This document shows positions 9,258-19,004 of a DNA stretch of 43,680 nt, piece after piece (within the stretch, counting starts at the first letter, position 1; every line of letters begins with the position of its first letter). Origin of the DNA: Deltaproteobacteria bacterium (lineage in GTDB: Bacteria > Myxococcota_A > UBA9160 > SMWR01); contig JAHEEJ010000001.1 of assembly GCA_024640705.1 (NCBI GenBank), forward strand, positions 1-43,680, given 5' to 3'. The notes beneath the pieces were generated by a model that was given only the letters and a program-made list of their open reading frames with translations, did no database searches and was not told where the DNA came from. Both the position numbers and the translations under genes were made by a program.

Positions 9258-11365
9258 GGCGTCGCCTCCCACTCGAGCACGACGAGTGAGTGTGCGTGCA
9301 CCCAGAGTATCGAGCCGTCGCGCTCACGGCCGGGCGGTCCAGCTGTATCGAGGCGCTCGACGAAGCGCCCGGCCAACGGCAGTGCGGGCAGCGCGAAGGG
9401 GATGTCCTCCGGTCCACTGTTCAACAACATCAGCACGGGGCGCGCCGCCTGTGCACGGCCAAACTCGTCTCGATCCTCGGCAGCCTCTGCGGCCAGCAGG
9501 ATTGCGAGTGCGTGGCCGGGTGTCTGCCAATCTTGCGGTTCGAGAGCGGTTCCGTCTGGACGCAGCCAGGCGACGTCCATCAGGCCCAGCGGTCCGACCC
9601 GCGTTCCGGTCAGGTGCCAGGGGCGCCGGAAGACGGCATTGGCCCGGCGCAGTGTCAGGCAGCGGCGCACGAATTCGCGAAAGGCCTCCTGCGCGGGATC
9701 GAAGCTCCAATCCACCCAGGTGAGATCGGAGTCGTGACAGTAGGCGTTGTTGTTGCCGCGCTGGGTTCGTCCCAGTTCATCGCCGTGGGAGAGCATCGGC
9801 ACCCCAAGCGAGAGCGCGAGGGTGGCGATCAGATTGCGGCGCGCGCGTTCGCGCAGCCGCCGCACCGCGGCGTCTTCACAAGGCCCCTCCACGCCCCAGT
9901 TGCAGCTCGGCTCGCCGTTTCTGCCGTCGCCTCCCTGTTCGAGATTGGCCTCGTTGTGTTTTTCGTTGTAGCTGGCCACGTCGCTCAGGGTAAAACCGTC
10001 GTGGCAGGTCACGAAGTTGATGCTCGCCTGGGGTGTGCGGCCGCTCGGTTCGAAGATGTTGCTCGAGCCGCTGAGCGCTGCGGCGAGAGCGGGCCGGTTT
10101 CCCGGATCTCCGCACCAGTAGCGCCGGACCACGTCGCGGTATTGATCATTCCACTCCGCAAAGGGAGACGGGAAGCCTCCCAGTCGATGGCCGTCGGGTC
10201 CCAGATCCCAGGGCTCTGCGATCAGCTTCCGCTGGGCGAGCAGCGGATCTTCACGCAGGCAGCGCAAGAACGGCGCCTCGGGGTTGAAGCGTCCCTCGGC
10301 ATCGCGGCACAGGGCGGGCGCCAGGTCGAATCGGAAACCGTCCACGTGCATCTCACCCGCCCAGTAGCGCAGGCTGTCGAGCACGAACTCGAGGGCGACC
10401 GGTGAATTCAGGTCGAGGCTGTTGCCACAGCCACTGTAGTCGACGTACTCACCGGGGTGTATGAGATCATGACGGTAGTAGGCAGCATCATCGATGCCGC
10501 GCAGATTGAACGTAGCGCCGCGCGGGTCCGTTTCTGGTGTGTGGTTGTAGACCACGTCGAGGATCACTTCGAGACCGGCGGCGTGCAGTGCGCGCACCAT
10601 CTGCCGGAATTCGTGCACCTGCTCGCCTCGATCTCCGGAGGCAAAGCGCGCGTCCGGGGCGAAGAATCCGAGGGTGCCGTAACCCCAATAGTTGACCAGA
10701 CCGCGACGCCCCAGGTGTGCGTCGAGTCCCGCATGCTGGACCGGGAGCAGGCACAGCGAGGTGACGCCGAGCGTGCGCAGGTGATCCAGCAGATCGGGAT
10801 GGGTCAGTCCGAGAAACCGGCCGCGTTGATCGGGAGGGAGGCCCGGATGCTGCTGCGTCATTCCCTTCACGTGGCATTCGTAGAGTACGCTGCGGCTCCA
10901 GGGAGTTTGGGGCAGGCAATCGTCCTGCCAGTCGAAAGCGGGGTCGACGACGACGGCGCGCGGTACGAACGGTGCGGTGTCAGACGGGGGCGTTTCGCCG
11001 TCGGGTCGGGCCGTGAGCGCTTCGTCCCAGACCAGGGGGCCCGAGAGCGCTGCGGCGCGCGGATCGACGAGCAGCTTGGAGGAGTCGAAGCGCAGACTCT
11101 GCTCGGGCAGCCAGGGTCCGGATACGCGGTAGCCGTAGAGCAACCCGGGTCCTGCACCCGGGAGGTAGCCATGCCACACGCCGTTCGTGCGGCCCGGGAG
11201 AGGCAGGCGCTGCGTCTCGGGAGCACCGGGTGCTTCGGCGTCGAACAGGCACAACTCGGCGCCCGTACTGGCCGCCGATTGGAGCGCGAAGTTTACGCCC
11301 GCACCGTCCCAAACGGCGCCCAGGGGTTCCGGCCTACCGGGTTCGAGTTTCAGGTCGCGCTCCAT
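9254..11365 (-). CDS. glgX: Glycogen debranching enzyme (GH13_11)
   Basis: N-terminus PLGAVWDGAGVNFAL. Motifs EVILDVVYNHT, VDGFRFDLA, LIAEPWD, CHDGFTLSD. The ATG directly abuts the glgA TAG. Confidence 0.93.
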   Translation of the reverse strand: MERDLKLEPGRPEPLGAVWDGAGVNFALQSAASTGAELCLFDAEAPGAPETQRLPLPGRTNGVWHGYLPGAGPGLLYGYRVSGPWLPEQSLRFDSSKLLVDPRAAALSGPLVWDEALTARPDGETPPSDTAPFVPRAVVVDPAFDWQDDCLPQTPWSRSVLYECHVKGMTQQHPGLPPDQRGRFLGLTHPDLLDHLRTLGVTSLCLLPVQHAGLDAHLGRRGLVNYWGYGTLGFFAPDARFASGDRGEQVHEFRQMVRALHAAGLEVILDVVYNHTPETDPRGATFNLRGIDDAAYYRHDLIHPGEYVDYSGCGNSLDLNSPVALEFVLDSLRYWAGEMHVDGFRFDLAPALCRDAEGRFNPEAPFLRCLREDPLLAQRKLIAEPWDLGPDGHRLGGFPSPFAEWNDQYRDVVRRYWCGDPGNRPALAAALSGSSNIFEPSGRTPQASINFVTCHDGFTLSDVASYNEKHNEANLEQGGDGRNGEPSCNWGVEGPCEDAAVRRLRERARRNLIATLALSLGVPMLSHGDELGRTQRGNNNAYCHDSDLTWVDWSFDPAQEAFREFVRRCLTLRRANAVFRRPWHLTGTRVGPLGLMDVAWLRPDGTALEPQDWQTPGHALAILLAAEAAEDRDEFGRAQAARPVLMLLNSGPEDIPFALPALPLAGRFVERLDTAGPPGRERDGSILWVHAHSLVVLEWEATP

Positions 11366-12805
11366 CTAGGTTCGCGCGCTCGCGGCGGCTCGCACCGCCT
11401 CTTCGAGCAACGCCACCCAGTGTCGGGCGGGTTCGGCCCAGGAAACATCCTGTTTCATCAGTCGACGACGCAGGTCCGCCGCCCCCGGCCCAGCCAAAAG
11501 CTTCGCAGCGCGCTCCGCCGCGCCGATCAACACGTCCGGTTCTAGCGGAGCGAACAGCAAACCGGTTTCGCCGTCGACGATCGTATCCACGAGTCCCCCC
11601 ACCCGATTTGCGATCGGCAAGCATCCATAGCGTTGAGCGAGCAGCTGCACCAGCCCGCAGGGCTCGAAGCGAGAGGGCACCAGCAGCGCGTCTGCGCCCG
11701 CGTAGATCCGCCGGGACAGCGCTGCATCCCAGCCGCGCACCAGCCGTACACGGCCCGGGTGCCTTACGGCGGCGTCTTCGATCACGGCGGCAATCAGCGG
11801 GTCCCCTTCGCCGAGCAGCGCGAGTGCAGCACCGGCGGCGACCAGTCCGTCCAGCGCATCTGCGAGCACGTCCCAGCCCTTCTGTGCAGCCAAGCGCCCG
11901 ACCGACGCGATCAAGCGCCCCGCGGGCGGTGTCGCGAGTTCGAGTTCGTCGAGCAGTGCGGTGCGACAGCGGGTGCGGCCCGCCGGGTTGGCGGCAGAAA
12001 AGCGGGCTGCCAGCGCCGCGTCGCTTTCCGGCGCGTAGCTTTGGGTGTCGATGCCGTTGTGGATGCCGATCAGGCGATCGGCGCAAGCGCGATAGACACC
12101 GTCCAGGCCTCCACCCAACTCCGGCGTGCACAGCTCGCGCGCGTAGGTCGGGGATACGGCGACGACGCGGTCTGAGAAGAGCAGACCCGCTTTCAGCAGG
12201 CAGATTCCGCCGTAGAACTCCAGACCACTCGGCCCGAAGAGTTTGGAGGGCAGGCCGGTATGCGCGAACTGATCCGCTTCGAAGCGGCCGATGTAGGCGC
12301 CGTTGTGCACGACCTGCACGGCGGCGGGAACGCTGTCTCGAGCGCGTGTCGCAGCGCCCGCCTGCTGCACACGCAACACACAGGGTGCGAGCGCCGCGTG
12401 CCAGTCGTGCGCCACCAAGACGTCGCTTGCGAGCTGCAAGGCGAGCTGCGCGCCCGCTTGCCCGAGCGCGATGAAACGGCGCGCGTCCGACTCGTCTCCG
12501 GCGTAGAGGCCGGGCCCGTCGTAGAGTTCGGGCAGTTCGAGCACTCTCAGCTCGACACCCGTCGCAAGTCTACCCGCGAGCCAACGGCCGCGTTGCCATT
12601 CGCCAGCGCCGCCAAGCTCCACGCTTTCGGCTGGAGCCAGCGCGGGACACTCCGGATGCGTGAGGAGATCCCGGTAGCCGGGCAGTGCGCAGCAGACGTC
12701 GTGCCCGAGACGGACCAACTCCGTGGCAAGCCCCGCGACCGCCTCTCCGAGTCCACCCGTTTGCGCCAGCGGCGCCAACTCAGACGCCAGAAACAGGATG
12801 CGCAT
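11366..12805 (-). CDS. glgA: Glycogen synthase (ADP-glucose type, GT5)
   Basis: N-terminus MRILFLASELAPLAQTGGLGEAV (KTGGL-type motif). C-terminal LVPSRFEPCGLVQL. Confidence 0.93.
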   Translation of the reverse strand: MRILFLASELAPLAQTGGLGEAVAGLATELVRLGHDVCCALPGYRDLLTHPECPALAPAESVELGGAGEWQRGRWLAGRLATGVELRVLELPELYDGPGLYAGDESDARRFIALGQAGAQLALQLASDVLVAHDWHAALAPCVLRVQQAGAATRARDSVPAAVQVVHNGAYIGRFEADQFAHTGLPSKLFGPSGLEFYGGICLLKAGLLFSDRVVAVSPTYARELCTPELGGGLDGVYRACADRLIGIHNGIDTQSYAPESDAALAARFSAANPAGRTRCRTALLDELELATPPAGRLIASVGRLAAQKGWDVLADALDGLVAAGAALALLGEGDPLIAAVIEDAAVRHPGRVRLVRGWDAALSRRIYAGADALLVPSRFEPCGLVQLLAQRYGCLPIANRVGGLVDTIVDGETGLLFAPLEPDVLIGAAERAAKLLAGPGAADLRRRLMKQDVSWAEPARHWVALLEEAVRAAASART

Positions 12806-12811
12806 CTAGAA

Positions 12812-14086
12812 TCAGCCCTGGGCCTGTCTTGGAGCCGGAGGGTCGAACTCGTCGAGTTGGTCGTAGTGCTCGCGGGCCACCACGACGATGCCACCCGGAC
12901 TGACCGCGAAGCGACTCCGGTCCCGCTCCGGATCCTCGCCGATCACTTCTCCGGCTGGGATCCGGACGCCCTTGTCGACGATGCAACGCCGCAGCCGCGC
13001 GTCGCGCCCCACATCGACTTGCGGGAAGAGCACGCTCTCCTGCACATCCGCGCGGCTGTGCACGTAGACCCCCTGGAAGGCCACGGTGCGGTTGATCCGG
13101 CCGCCCGACAGGATGGCTCCGGCGCCGACGACCGAGTCGGTGGCCATGCCGACGCGGCCATCGCCAGTATCGTTGAAGGTGAATTTCGCCGGACCGTGTG
13201 AGGGCAGCAGGCCGCGGATAGGCCACCCATCATTGTACAAGTTGAGCTTCGGCGAAACGGACACGACGTCCATGCTCGCCTCGAAGTACGCATCGAGGTC
13301 GCCGACGTCTCGCCAGTAGCCGCGCCCCCCCTCCGCTTCGCCGGTGCACAGGTGCGAGGTGAAATCGTACGCGAATACGGCCATCCGCTTGTGGGAAGTG
13401 CTCAGGATGTCGCGACCGAAGTCGTGGGTGGTCTGTTCAGCGGAGGCATTGCGCTTGAGTTCCTCGAGCAGTGCGGGGGTGCGGAAGATGTAGTTGCCCA
13501 TCGACACCAAAGCATGATCGGGCCTGCCCGGCATCGCGGGCGGATCGGCGGGCTTCTCGTGGAAGTCGGTGACGCGGCCGTCGTGGTCCACCGACAAACA
13601 GCCGAACGCGTGGGCCTCCGCTCGAGGCATGGGCAGCGTTGCGACGGTGAGATCCGCGCCAGCATTCCGATGCTTGGCCAACATTTGACGCACATCCATC
13701 TTGTAGACATGGTCCGCGCCAAACACCAGCACGTCCTGCGGGCGCTCTTCTCGCAGCAGGTCGATGTTCTGCCAGATGGCGTCTGCGGTGCCGCGAAACC
13801 ACGACGGCCCCAGGTTCATCGCCGCCGGGACCGGATCGATGAACTGATCGAGCACGCCGGGCGCCACCGACCAGGCTCGCGCCAGGTGCCGCACCAGCGA
13901 GGTGGCCCGGTACTGGGTCAGCACCTTGATGCGCAGCATGCGGCTGTTCACCAGATTGGACAGCACGAAGTCGATCAGCCGATACCGACCGCCGAAGTAG
14001 ACCGCTGGCTTGCTCCGCTCGCGCGTGAGCGGGTAAAGCCGCCGACCTTCACCGCCGGCGAGAACCAGTGCCAGTGTTCCGTGCAT
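12812..14086 (-). CDS. glgC: Glucose-1-phosphate adenylyltransferase
   Basis: LVLAGGEGRRLYPLTRERSKPAV, FGADHVYKMD, and a C-terminal hexapeptide-repeat region. The start was re-called to the ATG at 14086 (MHGTLALV), which has a GGAGGG RBS. The 92 codons upstream in the track ORF are Arg/Pro/Ala-rich and not GlgC-like. Confidence 0.93.
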   Translation of the reverse strand: MHGTLALVLAGGEGRRLYPLTRERSKPAVYFGGRYRLIDFVLSNLVNSRMLRIKVLTQYRATSLVRHLARAWSVAPGVLDQFIDPVPAAMNLGPSWFRGTADAIWQNIDLLREERPQDVLVFGADHVYKMDVRQMLAKHRNAGADLTVATLPMPRAEAHAFGCLSVDHDGRVTDFHEKPADPPAMPGRPDHALVSMGNYIFRTPALLEELKRNASAEQTTHDFGRDILSTSHKRMAVFAYDFTSHLCTGEAEGGRGYWRDVGDLDAYFEASMDVVSVSPKLNLYNDGWPIRGLLPSHGPAKFTFNDTGDGRVGMATDSVVGAGAILSGGRINRTVAFQGVYVHSRADVQESVLFPQVDVGRDARLRRCIVDKGVRIPAGEVIGEDPERDRSRFAVSPGGIVVVAREHYDQLDEFDPPAPRQAQG

Positions 14087-14109
14087 TTCCGCCCTCCCAG
14101 AATCCCTCG

Positions 14110-14115
14110 ATTGTA
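14110..14115 (-). promoter_or_regulatory. Candidate -10 hexamer (TACAAT) for the glycogen operon
   Basis: The minus strand reads TACAAT 23 nt upstream of the glgC ATG. The -35 at 17-nt spacing is weak (CGGGCA). Confidence 0.2.
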
Positions 14116-14360
14116 GGCGCAGATCCGCGGAGTGCCCGGCTGTCCTGGGGCGGAGCCCGATCTCGGGTAAGATCGCCGAGGATCTTGGGCGCAACGCCAA
14201 AATCGCGTCGATTCTGAGCCTGCCCGAAGCCGGGCCCGAACGCGCCGTCGGCGCTGACGATGCGGCAGCGACGGGAGCCGGTCGAGTGCCGCAAGGTGAC
14301 GATCGGCGGCCCTGCCGCAAAAATCTTCGAGCCGAGACAATCTTTGGGGCACGATCAAAC

Positions 14361-15401
14361 ATGAGAAGTGCACGGGTCGCGATCGCGATCGGGTGGGTGC
14401 TCGTCGCGCTCGGATGTCAGGGGCCGGGCGTGGCGCGAAAAGAGATCCCGGAGGATCCGATTGCGTTCATCTTTCACCCCGAAGACGAAGCCCGCCGCCG
14501 CGCAGAGGCGCGCGCAACGCGCGGGGCGGCGGAATCCCGACGCGGGCTCGACCATTCCGCGGTCGTCCATCTGAACACGTTTCGCGACTACCTCGCCAAG
14601 GCGTTTGGCGGCCGCGCGAATGACGAATTTGCGGGTCGGCTCTCCCTCCTCGATCCCAGGAGTCGGCAGGTGACGCCAATCGAGTCGGCGCGGGCGGGTG
14701 CGATTCCGCTTGCCTGGTCTCCCGGGCGCGATCGTCTGCTGTTCGCCCAGTGGGACCAGCAAACGCTTCAACTCTTCGAATTCGAGCGCGACTCGCAGAT
14801 CGTGTCCCAACTCACGAGAGGGCCCGACCATCACCCACAGGGCTGCTACGGGCCGGGCGGGCGACTGGTCGCGGCGGTCGCGAGGCGGCCGAAACCGGAG
14901 GAGGGCGGGGTGAGCCGGGCGAAGCTGGTCTCGCAGATTGCCGCATTGGGCCCGGGCGACGCGGTCGAACCGATCTCCGCGGGGCCGATGGACGGAGAGC
15001 CCGCCTGCAGCCCGGACGGCGCTGCGGTTGCCTACGTCCGGCTTTTCCCCGATCGGCGCAGCGAGATCTGGATCCACACCTTTGGAGGCGCAGAACCCGC
15101 CCGGGTGCTCGCCCAGGGCCGGGAACCTTCTTTTTCGCCGGATGGCGAGTGGATCGTCTACAGTCGGACCGTCGGCAAGACGCCCGCGCTATGGCGCATC
15201 CGCCGCGACGGCACCGGCCGCACCCGGATCGGGCGCGGATCCGGTGCGGAAGAGTACGGCCCGGCGGTTTCACCGGATGGCTCACTCGTGGTCTACGAGT
15301 CCGTATCGGGCAATCGCTATCGGCTCTTCGTGAGGCGGTTCGATGGATCCGGTGACACGGTTTTGTTCGCGGATGGAGATGGCAATCATGTTGTGTGGTA
15401 G
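14361..15401 (+). CDS. TolB-like / PD40 beta-propeller repeat periplasmic (lipo)protein
   Basis: Start re-called to the ATG at 14361. Signal peptide MRSARVAIAIGWVLVALGC with a lipobox-like LGC. Repeated SPDG motifs (CSPDGAAVAYV, SFSPDGEWIVYS, AVSPDGSLVVYES). Confidence 0.75.
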   Translation: MRSARVAIAIGWVLVALGCQGPGVARKEIPEDPIAFIFHPEDEARRRAEARATRGAAESRRGLDHSAVVHLNTFRDYLAKAFGGRANDEFAGRLSLLDPRSRQVTPIESARAGAIPLAWSPGRDRLLFAQWDQQTLQLFEFERDSQIVSQLTRGPDHHPQGCYGPGGRLVAAVARRPKPEEGGVSRAKLVSQIAALGPGDAVEPISAGPMDGEPACSPDGAAVAYVRLFPDRRSEIWIHTFGGAEPARVLAQGREPSFSPDGEWIVYSRTVGKTPALWRIRRDGTGRTRIGRGSGAEEYGPAVSPDGSLVVYESVSGNRYRLFVRRFDGSGDTVLFADGDGNHVVW

Positions 15402-15419
15402 AGAAGGAGAGATCGAGGG

Positions 15420-16694
15420 ATGACCGAAAACAAGTTGGATACGAGCGCCGATCTGGTTCCGGTGCATGGCGGGTTGCACGATTTGATCGACCGCCGTGTT
15501 CCGCTCGGACAGCGGAGCCGGTTCGTGAAGGAGGCGGAAGCGCTTCCGTCGGTGCGCGTCACCCGGGCCGATCTCTCGACCGTTTATCGGATTTCTGATG
15601 GTGCGTTGTCGCCGATGGAAGGCCCGATGCGCGCCGACGTGTGGAATCGCGTTCTCGACGAACAGTGCATCGAAGTGGGTGGGCGTCGCTTCGCGTGGGG
15701 GATTCCGTTGTCGCTTCCCGTGACGCCCGAAGAAATCTCCTCGTTGTCCGCCGGAGGGTCGGCCGCACTTCGAGACGAGTCGGGCACGGTGGTCGGGGTC
15801 CTCGATGATCTCGAGATCTTCGAGTGGGACAAGACGCGCTACATCGAGAAGGTGTACCGGACGGATCGATTCGATCATCCGGGTGGACGCGCGGTCGAAA
15901 GTGATCCGCGCAATCATCTGCTTGGGGGGACGCTGCGCGTACTCCCGCAACCCATCGATCCCGATTACGGCGAGTACATGCTCTCGCCGAGAATGACGCG
16001 CACGTTCATTCGGGAGCACAAGTGGGATCGCGCGCTGGCTTTCCAGACCCGCAATCCGCTGCACCGAGCCCACGAATACGCGCTGGTCGCGGGCGCCGAA
16101 ATCCTCACGCGTGGGGGTCATTTCACGGGCGTCGTCCTCAATCCGCTCGTTGGTGAACTCAAGGGCGATGACGTGCCGGCCGCCACCCGGATGCGTTGTT
16201 ACCGGCTGCTCCACGACCGGCGGCTGCTCGGAGAGGGTGACAAGGACGAGGCGCTCTGGCGCTCCGTTGGGTACGACTTGTCGGAAGTGTTCGAACTGAT
16301 CGGGCTCGACATCAAGATGTTCTACGGCGGCCCGAGCGAAGCCATCATGCACGCGATCTACCGCCAGAACTACGGCTTCAGCGATCTCGTGATCGGCCGC
16401 AAACACGCCGATGCCCCGTTCGAGGATGGCAGTCCGATCTGGGGCGACTTCGATGCCCAGGAGGTGTTCGACCAGCTCGCGGGTGAGCTGCACATCCGGC
16501 CCTGCAAGATCGGGTTTGCGGCGTTCTACGAATCGCTCGGGCGCGTCGATCTCACGGAAAGGCATCCCGATGAGAAACCGGTGATGGTGAGCGGTACCAA
16601 GGTGCGCGAACAGCTGCACTCCGGGGAGACGCCGGATCCGCGAATCATGCGACCGGAGGTCGCCGCCATCCTGATCGAAGCATTTCGCTCGTAG
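15420..16694 (+). CDS. sat: Sulfate adenylyltransferase (ATP sulfurylase), single-function form
   Basis: FQTRNPLHRAHEYA (QTRNPxHRAHE) and GGPSEAIMHAIYRQNYG motifs. AAGGAGAG RBS upstream. No APS-kinase domain. Confidence 0.9.
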   Translation: MTENKLDTSADLVPVHGGLHDLIDRRVPLGQRSRFVKEAEALPSVRVTRADLSTVYRISDGALSPMEGPMRADVWNRVLDEQCIEVGGRRFAWGIPLSLPVTPEEISSLSAGGSAALRDESGTVVGVLDDLEIFEWDKTRYIEKVYRTDRFDHPGGRAVESDPRNHLLGGTLRVLPQPIDPDYGEYMLSPRMTRTFIREHKWDRALAFQTRNPLHRAHEYALVAGAEILTRGGHFTGVVLNPLVGELKGDDVPAATRMRCYRLLHDRRLLGEGDKDEALWRSVGYDLSEVFELIGLDIKMFYGGPSEAIMHAIYRQNYGFSDLVIGRKHADAPFEDGSPIWGDFDAQEVFDQLAGELHIRPCKIGFAAFYESLGRVDLTERHPDEKPVMVSGTKVREQLHSGETPDPRIMRPEVAAILIEAFRS

Positions 16695-16715
16695 ATCGGG
16701 TGGGCTCGAGACCCG

Positions 16716-19004
16716 CTAGACCATGCGAATACGGGGAGTCCCTGCGCGCGTGAGCAGGTCTTCGCGCGCTGTGCCCTCGGTCGGATAGAGCGCATATCCG
16801 AAGCTCAGCGCAATCCGGATCGGATCGTTGAGGGTGTTGTCCTTGGATATGTCGTCGGCGACTGCGCGAGCCAGCGCGTAGACGCGCTCTCCCGCCGAGT
16901 AGCCCGGGTCGGGCATGAGGATGGTAAATTCGCCCTTGCCGGTGCGGCCGATCACGTCGAAATCCCGCAGGTGATTGCGAAGCGCTTCGACGGCTCGCTG
17001 CACCACCTCGCGGGCGCGCCCCCGGCCCGTCGCATTCCGGATCTCATCGAGGTTCTCGAGCGAGCAAACCGCAATCGCGAGCGCGCCCTCGTGTTCCGAT
17101 GCGCGTGCAATTTCGTCGTCGATTCGCTTGTTCAGATAGCGCTCGTTGGGGAGGCCCGTCTCAGTCTCGAAATTTCGATATTGGCGCGCCTGGGCGTAGA
17201 AGTCCGCGTTGGTCACCGCCCGCTCGACATAGGACGCGAACTTCGTGAACAGTCCGAGGTCTTCCTGCGAAAAACGGCCAACGTAGAAGCGGTCGGCAAC
17301 GACCTTGTCGTAGATGGTGAGCGTTCCGATCACGCGGCCTTCTCGCATCAGTGGCGCTGCGATCGCGGACTGGAAGTCTGCGCGGAGTTCGCTCAGTGCG
17401 GCGTCGTCTGCGAGGTCGGCGATCAGATGGGGCGCGCGCTTCTTGATGACTTCGACGGCGATTCGCTTGTCCAGTCGGAACAACTGCTCCTGGAGTCGGC
17501 CATCTGCGGAACCGAAATAGGACCGGATCACATACCGCCGGGTTTCTTCATCCTGGATCCTGAGGATCGCGTGATCGGCTCCCAGTGCCATCGCGGCAGA
17601 CGAGGTTGCCATGCGCAGCACCTCGGCGGGATCGGTCGCGGAGATCATCCGGATTCCGGCTTCGTTGAGTGCACCCACCTTGGTGGCTTGGGAAGTCATG
17701 CTGGCTTCGCGCTCTGCGTGGGCGATCTCTTCAGCTGCCGCCGCGGCAATTTCGGACAGCGTTTCCTCGGCAGCGCGGCTGCCAGCCGCCTCGTTGCCAC
17801 CCTGGACGGATAGAACACCAAAGAGAGTATCGCCGGCAATCAGTGGAACGGCCGCGTAGGCGAGGTTGCCCTTCGCGGACCGCAAGATCGAAGGTTCTCG
17901 TGCCTGTGCGGCGGACCCATCGATGCCTCTGCCGATCTTGATCCGGTATTCGCCACCGAAACCGCCGCCTTCCAGCGAGGTCGCACTCAGTCGCAGATCC
18001 GTTTCGCCACTATCACGCAGGTAGATGGTCGCTATGCCATGGCCGACTTGTTCGGCGACGAAGAGGCAGAACGAGCGCAGTCGATCCGGAAGCGGATCTC
18101 TTCCCGACAGGATCTCCCGCACGCGCCGTACCGCGGTGTAGCGAGCGGCCTGACTCCGCAGGGCTTCGTGTTCCTGGGATCGGGCGATGATCTGGGCGTC
18201 GAGGTGTGCGAGCTGCTCGGCGAATTCGAGACTCTCATCCGAAAAGGCATCTGCCTGGGTCGAGTGGTGCAGATTGAGGACGCCGAGCACGCGGCCTTCG
18301 AAGATCAGCGGCACCGAGATGGCCGATTCGACGTCGAGGCGCTCGCGGACGATCTGGAAAGCCTGGCGATCGGCCTTGCCGCGAAGCCGGAGCGGGCGAG
18401 CGTCTGCGGCGACGCGGCCCGCAATGCCATGACCGATCGGAACCCGGATTTTGGGCCACAATTCGGGTTCGACACCCGCTGCGACCCGCACGCGAAGCTC
18501 GCGGGCAGCGTGATCCAACAACATCAGGGAGCCGCCCTCGGCACCGGTGACGGCGACGGCAATCTCGAGCACACGCGAAAAGAGTTCGTCCGCGTCGACG
18601 GTGAGGTTGTAGGACTCCACGATCTCGTGAAGCGCAGTCAGGAGATCGGCCTTGCTGTTCGGCGAGGTGCGACCGAAGCACCAGAGGAGGCGCGCGGTCA
18701 GGGGGGTGACGATCTGGACGCCTCGCTCGCTGAGGGCTGGGTGGCTCGCGGCAAAATCGCCGCTCGCGCTGGCATCAATCACGGCGTGAAGGTTCGTATC
18801 GAGAATCAGCGCGTCGAGATCGGTAGTCATGCACGCGTCCAACACGCGCGCGATGCCGGGATCGATTGCGCTGAAATGCTGCCGAATCGATTCGTCATCG
18901 GGCTCGACGATGGCGCCGATCTCGAACTCGGGATTTTCCAGCAGTGAGGGGATCAGCTGGCGCGCTTCTTCGGTTGCGCGATAGATGCCGATCCGCTTGC
19001 GCAT
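16716..19004 (-). CDS. Multi-GAF protein with C-terminal degenerate GGDEF domain (GKGEF) that retains an RxxD I-site
   Basis: 762 aa. GAF-like blocks (e.g. GGSLMLLD...VLGVLNL, LFGVLSVQGG, VIGTLTIYD). GGDEF-domain entry ETGLPNERYL. The sequence RDFDVIGRTGKGEF (16926-16967) has GKGEF in place of GGDEF. The ATG overlaps the upstream TGA by 1 nt. Confidence 0.8.
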   Translation of the reverse strand: MRKRIGIYRATEEARQLIPSLLENPEFEIGAIVEPDDESIRQHFSAIDPGIARVLDACMTTDLDALILDTNLHAVIDASASGDFAASHPALSERGVQIVTPLTARLLWCFGRTSPNSKADLLTALHEIVESYNLTVDADELFSRVLEIAVAVTGAEGGSLMLLDHAARELRVRVAAGVEPELWPKIRVPIGHGIAGRVAADARPLRLRGKADRQAFQIVRERLDVESAISVPLIFEGRVLGVLNLHHSTQADAFSDESLEFAEQLAHLDAQIIARSQEHEALRSQAARYTAVRRVREILSGRDPLPDRLRSFCLFVAEQVGHGIATIYLRDSGETDLRLSATSLEGGGFGGEYRIKIGRGIDGSAAQAREPSILRSAKGNLAYAAVPLIAGDTLFGVLSVQGGNEAAGSRAAEETLSEIAAAAAEEIAHAEREASMTSQATKVGALNEAGIRMISATDPAEVLRMATSSAAMALGADHAILRIQDEETRRYVIRSYFGSADGRLQEQLFRLDKRIAVEVIKKRAPHLIADLADDAALSELRADFQSAIAAPLMREGRVIGTLTIYDKVVADRFYVGRFSQEDLGLFTKFASYVERAVTNADFYAQARQYRNFETETGLPNERYLNKRIDDEIARASEHEGALAIAVCSLENLDEIRNATGRGRAREVVQRAVEALRNHLRDFDVIGRTGKGEFTILMPDPGYSAGERVYALARAVADDISKDNTLNDPIRIALSFGYALYPTEGTAREDLLTRAGTPRIRMV

